Of a DNA stretch of 64,000 bases, positions 47,465 to 58,969 are shown piece after piece. The stretch is from Candidatus Dojkabacteria bacterium. GTDB taxonomy: Bacteria > Patescibacteriota > Dojkabacteria > SC72 > JAFGCJ01. The number at the start of each line of letters is the position of its first letter. Position 1 is the first letter of the stretch. Both the position numbers and the translations under genes were made by a program. A model generated the notes under the pieces. The model had not been told where the DNA came from and did not search any database. It saw nothing but the letters and a program-made list of their open reading frames with translations. Location: NCBI GenBank assembly GCA_016932785.1, contig JAFGCJ010000002.1, positions 465,777 to 529,776 of the forward strand, written 5' to 3'.

Positions 47465-48325
47465 CTAAATCTTTGCATATGGTCTACGCTTAGTTCTTTT
47501 TCTTCTAACAATATACTTATTTGTTTTCTTATTCTTTCTTGTACGAGTGCCAATTCTATTTCCCCAAATATCTTTTGCGCCGCTGTAACCACCACCTATA
47601 ACTCCTTTTCCTTCACCTCCGCCGTGAGGATGTTGCACTGCATGCATTGCCATACCTCTAACTGCGGGACGCCGCCCAAGTCTTCTCTTTCTACCAGCTT
47701 TTCCGAGTTTTACATTCATATGCTCCTCGTTACCGACTTGACCGATAGTCGCATAGTTGTCTATAGGAACAAGCCTAATCTCACCGGAGGACATTTTAAT
47801 CTGCATATACTTTCCTGTAGGGTCCTCTCCTTGTATATAGACTGCTACTCCAGCGGATCTACCTAGCTGTCCGCCTTTACCTCTATTTAATTCCACGTCA
47901 TGGACCGGGGTACCAGAAGGAATATACCTCATCATCATAGTGTTTCCAACCTTCGGGTCCAGTTTCTCTCCCGACATAATCTCCTGGCCAACAGTCATGC
48001 CCCTCGGCGCAAGAACGTAACGCCTCTCACCGTCCGCATATTTTATAAGAGCCAAATTCGCAGAGATGTTAGGATCATACTCTAAAGAGATAACAGTTCC
48101 AGGAACGTCATATTTATCTTTTTTATGATCTATTACTCTTAGTCTTCTCTTAACTCCACCTCCACGATGTCTTACCGTTACTCTCCCCTGAACATTCCTT
48201 CCCGCCTTCTTTGTTTTTCCCTTACTTAATGACTTAACTGGACCACTACAAGATAGCTTTGATCTGTCCTCTAACTGGGTATGTCTTCTTGTTGATGTTG
48301 TTGGTTTATAGTCCTTAACAGCCAC
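47465..48325 (-). CDS. rplB: 50S ribosomal protein L2
   Basis: 'VRHRGGGVKR' and 'RGMAMHAVQHPHGGGEG'. Confidence 0.9.
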   Translation of the reverse strand: MAVKDYKPTTSTRRHTQLEDRSKLSCSGPVKSLSKGKTKKAGRNVQGRVTVRHRGGGVKRRLRVIDHKKDKYDVPGTVISLEYDPNISANLALIKYADGERRYVLAPRGMTVGQEIMSGEKLDPKVGNTMMMRYIPSGTPVHDVELNRGKGGQLGRSAGVAVYIQGEDPTGKYMQIKMSSGEIRLVPIDNYATIGQVGNEEHMNVKLGKAGRKRRLGRRPAVRGMAMHAVQHPHGGGEGKGVIGGGYSGAKDIWGNRIGTRTRKNKKTNKYIVRRKRTKRRPYAKI

Positions 48326-48333
48326 TTTATGAA

Positions 48334-48624
48334 TTAAGTATTAAATAAATCTATGGTATCTCCAGATTTCAGTGTTACAATGGCAATTTTATAATCCTGC
48401 CTTCTCGATAAGTTTCTACCTCTTCTCCAATCCATTCTCACCTTACCTTTTCTATTTATTGTATTAACTTTTTCAACCTTGACCTTAAAATGCTTCTCAA
48501 CTTCCCGCTTAACATCAACCTTATTTGCATCTCTCGAAACTCTGAACATATAGGTTCCAGTATCAGCTCGGGCAAAGCTTTTTTCGGAAACAACTGGTTG
48601 TATTATTACATTGGTTCCTTTCAT
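48334..48624 (-). CDS. rplW: 50S ribosomal protein L23
   Basis: 'PVVSEKS', 'FRVSRDANKVDVKREVE', operon order. Confidence 0.9.
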   Translation of the reverse strand: MKGTNVIIQPVVSEKSFARADTGTYMFRVSRDANKVDVKREVEKHFKVKVEKVNTINRKGKVRMDWRRGRNLSRRQDYKIAIVTLKSGDTIDLFNT

Positions 48625-49259
48625 GAGAGTCGTTCCTCCACTTCTTTAATTGAGCTCTTACTAACAATCATATTCTTGGCGTTAACAACATCATAGACAT
48701 TGAGATCCCGAGCAGAACGAACTTCAACATTCTTCAAATTACTTATAGCTTTTGCTGTTTCCTTATCTTTACTTTCCCCGGAAGATAACATTATTATTGT
48801 CAGACCTTTTTTAAAACCGACTTTACTAAGAAAATCCGCCGCCTTAGTTGTTAATTTATCTGATCCAAATCCAAGACTATCAACTACCCTGAAATTGTCT
48901 CCGGATACCATGTGGGAAAGAACACACTTCAAAGCAAGATTGTTCATTTTTTTGGGAATTCGCTTATACTTCTTATATGTTCTCGGCCCAAAAGCAACTC
49001 CACCTTTTCTCCAAAGTGGAGATCTTATTGAACCATGTCTCGCTCGTCCTGTCCCCTTCTGTCGCCAAGGTTTCTTACCACCACCCCTTACCTCTCCCCT
49101 GGTTTTAGCATGCGCTGTTCCTTTTCTTTGATTATCAAGGTACACATTTATTACCTGAGTTACAAGATCACCATTCATAGGTACCTTCCACACCTCATCG
49201 TTTAGATCAACTTTCGTGCTCGCCTTATTACCTGTTTTAGTTATCAAATCAACCTTCAT
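48621..49259 (-). CDS. rplD: 50S ribosomal protein L4
   Basis: 'RGEVRGGGKKPWRQKGTGRARHGSIRSP'. Confidence 0.9.
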   Translation of the reverse strand: MKVDLITKTGNKASTKVDLNDEVWKVPMNGDLVTQVINVYLDNQRKGTAHAKTRGEVRGGGKKPWRQKGTGRARHGSIRSPLWRKGGVAFGPRTYKKYKRIPKKMNNLALKCVLSHMVSGDNFRVVDSLGFGSDKLTTKAADFLSKVGFKKGLTIIMLSSGESKDKETAKAISNLKNVEVRSARDLNVYDVVNAKNMIVSKSSIKEVEERLS

Positions 49260-49854
49260 TTTTCTTTGTTACATGAATTTTTACTAAACTTCCAACGTTA
49301 CCTGGCAGGGAACCGGAAATCAAAATATAATCATCACCCACCCCCATAATTTTCCTCTTCCTAAAAGACCTTCTCACTCCTCCCATCCTTCCTGGCATTT
49401 TTTTACCCGGAAGAACTCTTCCAGGATCAGTGCCTGCCCCAATAGATCCAGGAGCCCTTTGCCTATCAGATTGTCCGTGTGTTCTCTGTCCACCATGAAA
49501 ACCCCATCTCTTCATAACTCCCGCAAATCCCTTTGACTTAGTTATCGCAGTAACCTTAACAACATCTCCGTTACCAAGGTTCTCAGCATTAAACTTATCT
49601 CCAGCTTTCTGCTCTTCTTCCGACCAGAAATCCCAAGTATCCACCGGAACCAAATTTGCATCTTTATACATACCCTGCTCCGCTTTGTTTGGTCTCTTTT
49701 TCTTGCCTATACCAAGTCGTACAAGCATCTTATTGTTTTCTTTTTTTATAAGAACGACAACATTCTCAGGTATCTCAACGATGGTTACAGGAACCACCCT
49801 TTCCCCCTTGTAAACCTGCGTCATTCCTTTTTTGTAGCCAATAAAGTGATCCAT
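49249..49854 (-). CDS. rplC: 50S ribosomal protein L3
   Basis: 'GYKKGMTQVY' and 'TKSKGFAGVMKRWGFHGG'; start at Met 49854 preferred over 49899. Confidence 0.9.
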   Translation of the reverse strand: MDHFIGYKKGMTQVYKGERVVPVTIVEIPENVVVLIKKENNKMLVRLGIGKKKRPNKAEQGMYKDANLVPVDTWDFWSEEEQKAGDKFNAENLGNGDVVKVTAITKSKGFAGVMKRWGFHGGQRTHGQSDRQRAPGSIGAGTDPGRVLPGKKMPGRMGGVRRSFRKRKIMGVGDDYILISGSLPGNVGSLVKIHVTKKNEG

Positions 49855-49931
49855 AAACAAAAAAACAAAGTCAAAAAACAAACGCCTCAAAATGGGCATT
49901 TGTTTAAAAGGATTTTTCTTTTCTTGCAGAC

Positions 49932-50243
49932 TTAAAGAATCTCCACCCCGACACCGGCAGGCACCTGAAGATGCTGAAGAGCATCAATCGTCTGTGCCGT
50001 TGGTTCGAGAATATCTATCAACCTCTTATGAGTACGTAACTCAAAGTGTTCCATCGACCGCTTGTATACATGAGGCGATCTGTTTACAGCGAAACGCTGC
50101 ATTCTGGTAGGAAGAGGGATAGGTCCGGACACTTTTGCACCAGTCCTTATTGCTGTTTCTATTATGCTTTTGGATGATCTATCAACAACCCTTGCATCAT
50201 ATCCCTTAAGCTTTACTCTAATTCTTTGCGGTGCACCTACCAT
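49932..50243 (-). CDS. rpsJ: 30S ribosomal protein S10
   Basis: '[15 protein letters not shown]', 'GPIPLPT', 'HKRLIDI'. Confidence 0.9.
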   Translation of the reverse strand: MVGAPQRIRVKLKGYDARVVDRSSKSIIETAIRTGAKVSGPIPLPTRMQRFAVNRSPHVYKRSMEHFELRTHKRLIDILEPTAQTIDALQHLQVPAGVGVEIL

Positions 50244-50261
50244 ACTAATTAAAAGAGCAAA

Positions 50262-50301
50262 ATTAAAATATAATTTCTTGAGAGGGGCTTACGCCCCCCT
50301 C
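50262..50301 (-). promoter_or_regulatory. GC-rich hairpin between tuf and rpsJ (terminator or S10-operon leader element)
   Basis: Minus-strand GAGGGGGGC-GUAA-GCCCCUCUC (plus 50280-50301). The following tract is A/U-rich but is not a clean U-run. Confidence 0.4.
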
Positions 50302-50309
50302 AATTTCAA

Positions 50310-51491
50310 TTACTTGATCAGCTTTGTTACCACTCCGGCTCCAACCGTCTTGCTGCCTTCGCGGAGAGCAAACTTCATTCCCTCCTCAACAACGACGGGA
50401 ACAATAAGTTTGCAGGTAATTTCAGTATTATCTCCCGGCATAATCATCTCTGTACCCTTCGGAAGCTCTATTTCCCCAGTAACATCTGCTGTACCAACAT
50501 AAAACTGTGGTTTATACCCTGTTACAAAAGGAGTATGTCTTCCACCTTCATCCTTGGTAAGTATATAAACCTTACCAACAAATTCTGTATGAGGTTTCAC
50601 AGATCCGGGCTTTGCGATTACCTGACCTCTCTCTACATCTGTTCTCTTAAAACCTCTCAAAAGAACTCCGACATTATCACCGGCCTGACCTTGTTCAAGT
50701 GTTTTATTGAACATCTCAACTCCAGTAACTGTTGTCTTCTGATCTTTTCTTCCCATTCCAAGTACATCAACCTCGTCTCCAACATTTACAACACCTCTCT
50801 CAATTCTTCCTGTTACAACAGTTCCCCTACCTTCGATCGAGAAAACATCCTCAACTGGCATCAAGAATGGTTTGTCTATATCTCTCTCAGGAAGAGGAAT
50901 ATATTCGTCAACAGCCTTCATTAACTCCCTGATTGCTTTCATTCCTTCCTCATCACCATCCTCTGCCTTTTTAGCATCTCCAATTATTACTGGGCATTTA
51001 TCATCATACTCATACTTCTTAAGAAGCTCTCTGACCTCTCCCTCAATAAGTTCAAGTATTTCAGGATCAGCCTCTCCAAAGGTATTGATGAAAACAACAA
51101 TCTTGGGAACACCAACCTGCCTTGCAAGAAGAATATGCTCTCTTGTCTGAGGCATAGGTCCATCTGCTGAGCTGACTACTAGAATTGCACCATCCATCTG
51201 TGCAGCACCTGTGATCATGTTCTTGACATAGTCTCTATGTCCAGGACAGTCAACATGTGCGTAGTGACGGTTTTCTGTCTCGTACTCAACATGAGCAACT
51301 GAAATCGTAAGGCTCTTTTCTCTCGATTCAGGAGAGTTATCAAGCTTACTTGCCCATTTATCAAAATTATCAGCGGCAAATGTCTTCAAAATACCTCTAA
51401 CTAAGGTTGTTTTGCCATGATCAACGTGACCAATTGTACCTATATTAAGGTGGGGTTTGGTCCTCTCAAATGTTTTCTGATCGCCTGCCAT
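50310..51491 (-). CDS. tuf: elongation factor Tu
   Basis: '[10 protein letters not shown]', 'DCPGHRDY', 'NTFGEAD'-region NKxD equivalent; 393 aa. Confidence 0.95.
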   Translation of the reverse strand: MAGDQKTFERTKPHLNIGTIGHVDHGKTTLVRGILKTFAADNFDKWASKLDNSPESREKSLTISVAHVEYETENRHYAHVDCPGHRDYVKNMITGAAQMDGAILVVSSADGPMPQTREHILLARQVGVPKIVVFINTFGEADPEILELIEGEVRELLKKYEYDDKCPVIIGDAKKAEDGDEEGMKAIRELMKAVDEYIPLPERDIDKPFLMPVEDVFSIEGRGTVVTGRIERGVVNVGDEVDVLGMGRKDQKTTVTGVEMFNKTLEQGQAGDNVGVLLRGFKRTDVERGQVIAKPGSVKPHTEFVGKVYILTKDEGGRHTPFVTGYKPQFYVGTADVTGEIELPKGTEMIMPGDNTEITCKLIVPVVVEEGMKFALREGSKTVGAGVVTKLIK

Positions 51492-51612
51492 TTTTATTTA
51501 TTTTATAAGTTATATTTAACATTCTGCGACTAGAGTCGCTGGGTATAATATCAAAAAAGTTTGACGCTTTCAAGCGGTAAACAAGGATTGTACCAGAAGG
51601 TTTTATCCTTTG

Positions 51613-53736
51613 CTACTTGCTCTTTCCTGTACCGCTCTCTTTATTACCAACAATTTCTTCTGCAACACTCTTGGGAACCTTATCATAATGGGAAAATTCG
51701 ACATTGGGAACCCCCCGACCGGAGGTCATAGACCTAAGACTATTTGTAAAGCCAAACAGCTCCGCAAGAGGGACTTTAGCAGAAATCACCTGCAAATTTC
51801 CTCTGGTATCTGTTTCCTCAATTCTTCCTCTTTTACTACTAAGAAATCCTGTAACATCTCCCACATATTCTTCTGGTGTGACAACCTCTACATCCATAAT
51901 GGGTTCAAGCAAAACAGGATCCGCCATCTTCGATCCACCTCGAAATGCCTGAGCAGCTGCAATTTTGAAAGCAGCTTCTGAAGAGTCAACCTCATGAAAT
52001 GAACCATCATACACCGCTACTTTTACATCAACAACGGGATAGCCCGCCAATACTCCTGACAACATAGCCTCCTTTACACCCTTCTGAATAGCGGGAATAT
52101 ATTCCTTAGGTATAACTCCGCCCTTTATTTCGTCTTCAAATACAAAACCGGAGCCAGGCTCCCCTGGCTCAAGCCTGAGCCAGCAGTGTCCATACTGTCC
52201 ACGGCCTCCAGATTGATGCACATATCTTCCCTCAAACTCAACCGTCTTTTGAATAGTCTCCTTGTAGGCAACCTGGGGTTTACCTACATTTGCTTCAACA
52301 TTAAACTCTCTCTTCATTCTATCGACAATAATCTCCAAGTGAAGCTCTCCCATACCAGAAATAATAGTCTGACCTGTTTCTTCATTTGAAGAGACCTTAA
52401 AGGTTGGATCCTCAGCCGAAAGTCTATTAAGTGCAATCCCCATCTTCTCCTGATCTGCAGAAGTCTTAGGTTCGATTGCAACATTAACGACTGGATCAGG
52501 AAATTCAATTTTCTCAAGAATTATCGGACTATTCTCGTCGCAAAGAGTATCACCGGTTGAGGTATCCTTCAATCCGACAAGAGCAGCAATATCACCAGTT
52601 CTAATACTCTCAACTTCTTCCCTTTCATTTGCATGCATTAGAACAACCCTTCCAACTCGCTCTTTTACATTCTTTGAGGAATTCAATACATATGAGCCAG
52701 CATTAAGAATACCAGAATAGACCCTGACATATGCAAGATTTCCTATATGAGGATCGTTAGCAAGTTTGAACATTAAGCCACAGAAGGGATCCTCGTCGCT
52801 AGCCTTGCGCACTATCTTTTTCGAAAGGTCGTTAACATCCATACCCTCGACTTCTCCTATGTCTGCAGGTGAAGGGAGAAGTCTCACGACTAAATCAAGA
52901 ATCTTAGGAACAACGTTTCCCTTTCGGGAGTCACCCCCAGAGATAGGGAAAAAGGTACCAGTAACAACAGCCTTTCTCATAGCAGACCAAATTTCATCAG
53001 TGGAAAGCTCCTCGCCTTCTAGATACTTTTCCATAAACTCATCATCATATTCGGAAATAGCCTCAATAAGCTCTACTCTCATTTTCTCAACCTTTTCCTT
53101 CATATCATCAGGGATATCGGTTTCCTCGAGAGTCTCTTTTTCTGAATTGGGATCATATTTAAACGCCTTCATTTCAACAATATCTATTATTCCATGAAGA
53201 TCTTTTTCAAAGCCAAGCGGTAAATGAACGGCATATGCTTTTGGCGACAATCTCTCACGAATCGACGCCAGAGACATTTCAAAATCACCGCCAACAAGGT
53301 TCAGCTTGTTAATGAAGCATATTCTTGGTACCTTATACTTATCGGCTTGTCTCCATACAGTCTCAGATTGAGGTTCAACCCCCATCTTACCGTCAAAAAT
53401 CACTACAGCTCCATCCAGAACACGAAGCGATCTTTCAACCTCAGCGGTGAAATCGACATGTCCAGGTGTATCAATAATATTTATCCTATGTTTTACGTCA
53501 CCAACAGACCAAAAACAGGTTGTAGCTGCAGATTGTATAGTAATTCCTCTCTCTTTTTCCTGCTCCATCCAGTCCATCTGAGTGTTACCATCATCAATCT
53601 TTCCGATTTTATGAACTTTGCCCGTATAATATAGAACAGATTCCGTAGTCGTTGTTTTTCCAGCATCGATATGCGCAATTATTCCAATATTACGAATCTT
53701 GTCCAGATCAAATTTTATGTTTTCTCCTTTAGCCAT
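51613..53736 (-). CDS. fusA: elongation factor G
   Basis: '[14 protein letters not shown]', 'DTPGHVDF', full five-domain length; start at MAKGEN. Confidence 0.95.
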   Translation of the reverse strand: MAKGENIKFDLDKIRNIGIIAHIDAGKTTTTESVLYYTGKVHKIGKIDDGNTQMDWMEQEKERGITIQSAATTCFWSVGDVKHRINIIDTPGHVDFTAEVERSLRVLDGAVVIFDGKMGVEPQSETVWRQADKYKVPRICFINKLNLVGGDFEMSLASIRERLSPKAYAVHLPLGFEKDLHGIIDIVEMKAFKYDPNSEKETLEETDIPDDMKEKVEKMRVELIEAISEYDDEFMEKYLEGEELSTDEIWSAMRKAVVTGTFFPISGGDSRKGNVVPKILDLVVRLLPSPADIGEVEGMDVNDLSKKIVRKASDEDPFCGLMFKLANDPHIGNLAYVRVYSGILNAGSYVLNSSKNVKERVGRVVLMHANEREEVESIRTGDIAALVGLKDTSTGDTLCDENSPIILEKIEFPDPVVNVAIEPKTSADQEKMGIALNRLSAEDPTFKVSSNEETGQTIISGMGELHLEIIVDRMKREFNVEANVGKPQVAYKETIQKTVEFEGRYVHQSGGRGQYGHCWLRLEPGEPGSGFVFEDEIKGGVIPKEYIPAIQKGVKEAMLSGVLAGYPVVDVKVAVYDGSFHEVDSSEAAFKIAAAQAFRGGSKMADPVLLEPIMDVEVVTPEEYVGDVTGFLSSKRGRIEETDTRGNLQVISAKVPLAELFGFTNSLRSMTSGRGVPNVEFSHYDKVPKSVAEEIVGNKESGTGKSK

Positions 53737-53769
53737 AAACAAACGCTAAAAATATAAAATGCCTGAGGG

Positions 53770-53775
53770 ATTATA
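53770..53775 (-). promoter_or_regulatory. -10 box TATAAT upstream of fusA
   Basis: Minus strand reads TTGTATATAATCCC, about 30 nt upstream of the fusA ATG and immediately after the TPR gene stop. Confidence 0.35.
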
Positions 53776-53784
53776 TACAAACTT

Positions 53785-55257
53785 TTAGATTCTGTCCAAA
53801 AGCTTCAAAGCCTCGGCAGACACATCACCTTGCAGGTCCAAATCTATAGCTTTCTCCAAATATTCCTTTGTCTCACTCACATTACCTTCCTCGAACTCAA
53901 TCTGCCCCCTAAGTAAATATACACTTGCCGAATACGGATCCAAGTCCAGAGATTCCTCAACCCACTGAATGGCCTTTTGCTTATCGCCTCCATCAAATTC
54001 TACTACAGCTTTAAGATAATAGTATCTAGCTAGGAGTTCATCGGAAATAGACTCTTGTCTAATACCTCCCAGAATATCACCAATTTTATCGGTTAATCCT
54101 CGGTCGATATATGACTCAGCAAGCATAATCCTATACTTGTCTGCATTCTCTTCGTCTTCCTTTATTAAAGAATTATACTGATCCTCCGCCTCAGAATATT
54201 GACCATTATTTAACAGCTCCTCAGCAAACTCCGTTCTAATTTCGACTTTGATCTCTGACGGTGCAATTTCAACTGCCCTTCTATAACTATCTACCATAGA
54301 ATTTTCCTCAGACAACTCTTTATAATTTCGGGCCTGCAACCAGGCACCAACATAATCAACAGGATTCAATGTTGACGCCCGATTAAGATACTCCTCCGAC
54401 TTCTCATTATCTCCATCCAAGAAATAAGCATGTCCAAGGTATAAATTTAACTCCCAGTACTCCTTTTCAACATCTTTATATTTCTCAAGAAGATCAAGCG
54501 TTACATCCTCATAGCCTAAAGAAAGGGCACCCGAAGCAAGAATTACGTCTACATACTTATCTGTTTTTTCCTCCTCATCGAGCGAATCTATCTTTTCAAG
54601 CAGTTCCCCATAGCCCTCAATATCTTCAAGTAATTCCTCTGATTCTGACTCATAATCATCGACTTTGCTAATCTCTTTTTTCGCATCCTCGACCCTATCA
54701 CCCATCAAGACACTTCTAAGAAGTTGCGAGCGGGCATAGTCGTCTCCAGCATCGCTGGGAATATCTAACTGCTTTCTTGCCTCTTCAAATTCACCTTTTT
54801 CCATGCAGGCTAAAGCGAGATTATATTTTGCAGAATAGTTCTCCTCGTCTTTTTTTACAGCCTGACTCAAATTATCAATTGCCTCATCTGTATCACCCTC
54901 CTCCAGCTGAAGCCTTCCAAGAAGTTCATATGCCTGGCTCGAATTCCTGGCAGTACGGGAACCAACCTTAAGAACATCAACGGCATCACTTTCACGATTC
55001 TTTAATAAATATATATCAGCAATACCTATATATATGTCTACATTTCCTTCGTAGACCTCCCGTGCCTCTCCATACTTGTCCAAGGCGTCAGCATATTTAT
55101 GCTCGTTTACAAGTTCATCCGCGTCCGCAACAAGACCCTCGGCCTTTTTCATGACTTCCTTGCTTGGAGTACATGCTGAAAGTAGAAGTCCACAAGACAC
55201 AAGCACGACGGCCCCTATTAGAAGTTCTTTTCTCATTAATAATTTATTAACCAACAA
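53785..55257 (-). CDS. TPR-repeat lipoprotein
   Basis: Signal peptide with 'LLLSAC' lipobox and repeated 34-aa A/Y/L patterns ('YELLGRLQLEEGDTDEAI', 'YNLALACMEKGEFEEA'). Confidence 0.7.
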   Translation of the reverse strand: MLVNKLLMRKELLIGAVVLVSCGLLLSACTPSKEVMKKAEGLVADADELVNEHKYADALDKYGEAREVYEGNVDIYIGIADIYLLKNRESDAVDVLKVGSRTARNSSQAYELLGRLQLEEGDTDEAIDNLSQAVKKDEENYSAKYNLALACMEKGEFEEARKQLDIPSDAGDDYARSQLLRSVLMGDRVEDAKKEISKVDDYESESEELLEDIEGYGELLEKIDSLDEEEKTDKYVDVILASGALSLGYEDVTLDLLEKYKDVEKEYWELNLYLGHAYFLDGDNEKSEEYLNRASTLNPVDYVGAWLQARNYKELSEENSMVDSYRRAVEIAPSEIKVEIRTEFAEELLNNGQYSEAEDQYNSLIKEDEENADKYRIMLAESYIDRGLTDKIGDILGGIRQESISDELLARYYYLKAVVEFDGGDKQKAIQWVEESLDLDPYSASVYLLRGQIEFEEGNVSETKEYLEKAIDLDLQGDVSAEALKLLDRI

Positions 55258-55780
55258 ACTTTTTCTTAAAATTACTGATTGCCTCTTCTATATGTTTCTT
55301 TGCCACTGAAGAGCTTGACCACCCCTCACCTTCAGTACCCTTTCCAGGAGTTAGATTTTTATAATTCTCCCAGAAAAACTCCACTTTTTTAAGCTGCTGA
55401 CTTGACAGATCCTTTACATCTTTTACATCAGCAAATGCTCCATCATGAGCACAAACAGCGAGAATTTTATTATCTTGTTGCCCTGAATCGATGAGTCTAT
55501 ACATTCCAATAACCCTTATATACAGCAGACACCCAGGAAATGTAGCTCCTGTCATCAATGCCATAACATCAACCGGATCATCATCAGGATCACTCCAGGT
55601 TCCAGGAATAAACCCATATTCAAAAGGAAACGGCATCGGTGTATCCAAGGTTCTATCCATACCAATTATTCCATATTCCTCATCCACTTCATACTTATTG
55701 GAGACGCCCTTTGGTGTCTCAACAATCATTCTATATGTACCATCTCCCGCTACAGGATTAATATCTCGAATTAGATGCAT
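55247..55780 (-). CDS. ppa: inorganic pyrophosphatase (family I)
   Basis: 'VETPKGVSNKYEVDEE', 'YGFIPGT', 'DDDPVDVMAL', 'DNKILAV'. Confidence 0.9.
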   Translation of the reverse strand: MHLIRDINPVAGDGTYRMIVETPKGVSNKYEVDEEYGIIGMDRTLDTPMPFPFEYGFIPGTWSDPDDDPVDVMALMTGATFPGCLLYIRVIGMYRLIDSGQQDNKILAVCAHDGAFADVKDVKDLSSQQLKKVEFFWENYKNLTPGKGTEGEGWSSSSVAKKHIEEAISNFKKKFVG

Positions 55781-55940
55781 ATAAAAATCATAAATTTAAA
55801 TCCTAAACTAGTATAGCCTAAACCTAGCAAAATTTGTAATAACCCTTTGCTAAGCCGGTAAAAACAGCTATTGCACACAGATGAAATGTATCTTATACTA
55901 GAAATTGTCCCAAATGGGACTTAAGTTTGACACCTAAGGT

Positions 55941-56864
55941 ATGATACCCCAACGGGGTACCAGAAGCCTAAAGGCCCTAAGAACAACAATTTTAATACTA
56001 CTTTTTTCCTTCCCTCTTTTTTTCTTCGCAACTTTGGCTTTTGCAAAGGAAGACACATCAGAAGGAAAGATGTTCAAACCAAGACCAAGCGTTCAGGTCC
56101 TAGAGTCTTATTACTCTATTGATTCAACTTTTCACCCACGTATTGTTAATCTAAAAATGGAAAACGAAGAATTCTCGGTTATTACTTATTGTGTAACCGT
56201 AAAGGATCTCCTTACAGAGCTTGGTCTTACAAATATAGATGAATATAAAGTTAAACCCGATCTCGATTTCAAACTGACCTCTAACACAACAATAAGCGTT
56301 AAGAAGTTTTCTACTGACAGAAAAATTGAAATCGAATCAATCCCCTATTCATCCATCACTGTACGTGACAATAATATAGAAATAGATACAACCCAAGTTC
56401 TTCAATCCGGGAGAGATGGCCAAAGGAAAGTAGTATACGAGTACAGATATGTAGATGGTGTACTCGTAGAAAAAGTACCTGTAAGAGAGGAGACCCTATC
56501 TCAGGTACAGAATGAAATAATTGGCTACGGGACAAAAAAGGTCTTTCGTGAAATTACAATTGGTGGAGATACATTCAAATACTGGAAGAAGATAAGAGTT
56601 TATGCTACATCCTACGACTCAAGCTGTGCCGGCTGCAGCAATACCACTGCTACTGGAGCCAAACTTACGAAAGGTGTCGTTGCCGTAGACCCATCGGTAA
56701 TTCCTTTATTCACAAACATGTATGTTCCAGGCTACGGCTACGGTAAGGCTCTAGATGTTGGAGGTGCTATTAAAGGTAATAAGATAGACTTGGGCTTCGA
56801 GGATTTGTCACTGGTTCAAGGTCAATGGAGTGCAAGATATGTGGATATCTACATACTGGACTAA
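55941..56864 (+). CDS. G5 and 3D domain cell-wall protein (YabE/RpfB-like architecture)
   Basis: G5: 'VLQSGRDGQRKVVYEYRYVDG...IGYGTK'. 3D: 'YATSYDSSCAGCSNTTATGAKL...VAVDPSVIP...DVGGAIKGNKIDL'. Confidence 0.75.
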   Translation: MIPQRGTRSLKALRTTILILLFSFPLFFFATLAFAKEDTSEGKMFKPRPSVQVLESYYSIDSTFHPRIVNLKMENEEFSVITYCVTVKDLLTELGLTNIDEYKVKPDLDFKLTSNTTISVKKFSTDRKIEIESIPYSSITVRDNNIEIDTTQVLQSGRDGQRKVVYEYRYVDGVLVEKVPVREETLSQVQNEIIGYGTKKVFREITIGGDTFKYWKKIRVYATSYDSSCAGCSNTTATGAKLTKGVVAVDPSVIPLFTNMYVPGYGYGKALDVGGAIKGNKIDLGFEDLSLVQGQWSARYVDIYILD

Positions 56865-56917
56865 ACAATTAGTTATTGATTTTTCAAAATTTTCGCACTC
56901 TTTTTCCTGATTTCCAT

Positions 56918-58969
56918 CTATTTAGTAACAAAATCCACCAATTCCATCGGAATTTCGGAAATAAACCTTGATGGAATTCTATCAGTCAATCCTCCGTATG
57001 TTTTTCTACAGTCAGCAAAACTCAAAAATAGATACTTCCTGGCGCGAGTAATCCCCACATAACAAAGTCTTCTCTCTTCCTCAAGTTCAGATGGACTTGT
57101 AAACGACAAAGAATGCGGGAACAAGCCCTCCTCCATTCCGACCATGAATATTGCATCATATTCGAGACCCTTTGCCGAGTGAAGAGTCATCAATGTCACA
57201 GCGTCCTCTTCTTTCCTTTCATCATCAAGGTCTTGTTCAACAAGAGAAACATCTGACAAAAATTCAATAAGTGAGTCACGTGGGCCAAGTTCTACATACT
57301 TCTCTGCAACAACCTTCATCTCAAAGAGATTCTCTTTTCTTGCCTGCGCTTGAGGTGTCCCGTCATCAATCCAGCTTTCATACTTAGTTACTTCGAGTAT
57401 TTCATCAATCAGAAATCGAACGTCTTCTCGCAGAGACGTTTCATACAATTTTCCAAACAGAGAAATGAGACCCGAGTATTTTTCCTTTAATACTTTTACT
57501 TTCTCACTTTTCTCAATCTCTATCAAAAGATCATCCGAGACCTCAATACCTGGAAGATATTCCCTCCAGTTTTTAAGCTTTTCTGTCGTCCCCCAAATAA
57601 TAAGAAACATTAGTCCTGATCCAATACCCCCATCACCAATACTCTCTGCAGCACCAGCTATCTCTTCAATGGATTTCTGTCCAACCTTCCTCGGTGGAAC
57701 ATTTATTACTCTCTGAAAAGAGAGCTCATCCTGCGGATTTGCAAAGAATCTTAGGTAAGCCAACATATCTTTAATTTCTCTTCTTTCATAAAATCTCACC
57801 CCGCCCACCAGTTTATATGGAATAGCATTTCGAAGTAGTTCCTCTTCAAAGATACGAGATTGCGCGTTCGTCCGGTACAATACACACATCTCAGATAAGG
57901 CCGTCTCTTCTGTTTTCAATTCGTTAATTTTTTCTCTAACAAACCTCGCTTCTTCTCTTTCATTTTCTGCCTCAAACATTGTCACCTTCGGGCCTGCATC
58001 TGTATCTGTCCATAGTTTTTTTTCTACTCGCTCGTTGTTTCGGGATATAACCGAATGGGCAGCATCCAAAATATTCTTTGTTGAACGGTAATTCTTCTCA
58101 AGCTTGATCACTTTAGCATCAGGATAATCTCTCTCAAATGAAAGAATGTTTTTAATTGTCGCACCACGCCAGGAATATATTCCCTGGTCCTCATCTCCAA
58201 CAACACACAAATTCCGATTCTTACCGGCAAGAAGATTCACCAGTTTGTACTGAACCATATTCGTATCCTGGTATTCATCTATTAGAAGGTATCTGTATCT
58301 TTTTTGATACTTGTCCAGTACATCCTTATACTCAGTAAAAATCATTAACGGGAGAATCTGAAGGTCATCGAAATCAACGGCGCCCTGAGACCTTAGTCCC
58401 TCTTCATACTTTGGATACACCTCAGCAACAACTTCCTCGAAAGGTCCCTGAGCAAACTTGGGATATTCCTCTGGACCGACAAGCTCATTTTTTGCAGAGG
58501 ATATAAGATTCTGAATTCTAGAGGGATTAAACTGTTTCTTATCAATATTCAAATCGTCAAGAATACCTTTTATCAGATGGGTAACATCATCAGGATCATA
58601 AATTGAAAAGCCTCTTGGTACTCCAAGTTTTTCCCCGTCCATCCTTAAGACATAAGCCCCAAATGAATGAAAGGTCCCAATATACGGAAGACGCGACGCA
58701 AATTTCTTTTTATCATCAGAAGCACTAAGCAGATCCCGGACACGCTCCTTCATCTCTCCAGCGGCTTTCCTTGTAAAAGTAACAGCAAGAATCTCTTCAG
58801 GCTCAGCCTTCCGATCAGAAATAAGTCTCGCAATTCTATACGTTATTACACGCGTTTTTCCAGAGCCAGCTCCGGCAAAAATTAACAAAGGTCCTTTATC
58901 ATGAAGCACTGCTTCTTTCTGTTGAGGATTGAGTTTCTCTAACACGAGGTCATTATATATCCTTGACAT
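56918..58969 (-). CDS. pcrA: UvrD/PcrA-type SF1 DNA helicase
   Basis: 'AGAGSGKT', 'LLIDEYQDTN', 'VGDEDQGIYSWRGA', 'LEKNYRS', 'TLHSAKGLEYD', 'CYVGITRA'. Confidence 0.9.
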   Translation of the reverse strand: MSRIYNDLVLEKLNPQQKEAVLHDKGPLLIFAGAGSGKTRVITYRIARLISDRKAEPEEILAVTFTRKAAGEMKERVRDLLSASDDKKKFASRLPYIGTFHSFGAYVLRMDGEKLGVPRGFSIYDPDDVTHLIKGILDDLNIDKKQFNPSRIQNLISSAKNELVGPEEYPKFAQGPFEEVVAEVYPKYEEGLRSQGAVDFDDLQILPLMIFTEYKDVLDKYQKRYRYLLIDEYQDTNMVQYKLVNLLAGKNRNLCVVGDEDQGIYSWRGATIKNILSFERDYPDAKVIKLEKNYRSTKNILDAAHSVISRNNERVEKKLWTDTDAGPKVTMFEAENEREEARFVREKINELKTEETALSEMCVLYRTNAQSRIFEEELLRNAIPYKLVGGVRFYERREIKDMLAYLRFFANPQDELSFQRVINVPPRKVGQKSIEEIAGAAESIGDGGIGSGLMFLIIWGTTEKLKNWREYLPGIEVSDDLLIEIEKSEKVKVLKEKYSGLISLFGKLYETSLREDVRFLIDEILEVTKYESWIDDGTPQAQARKENLFEMKVVAEKYVELGPRDSLIEFLSDVSLVEQDLDDERKEEDAVTLMTLHSAKGLEYDAIFMVGMEEGLFPHSLSFTSPSELEEERRLCYVGITRARKYLFLSFADCRKTYGGLTDRIPSRFISEIPMELVDFVTK

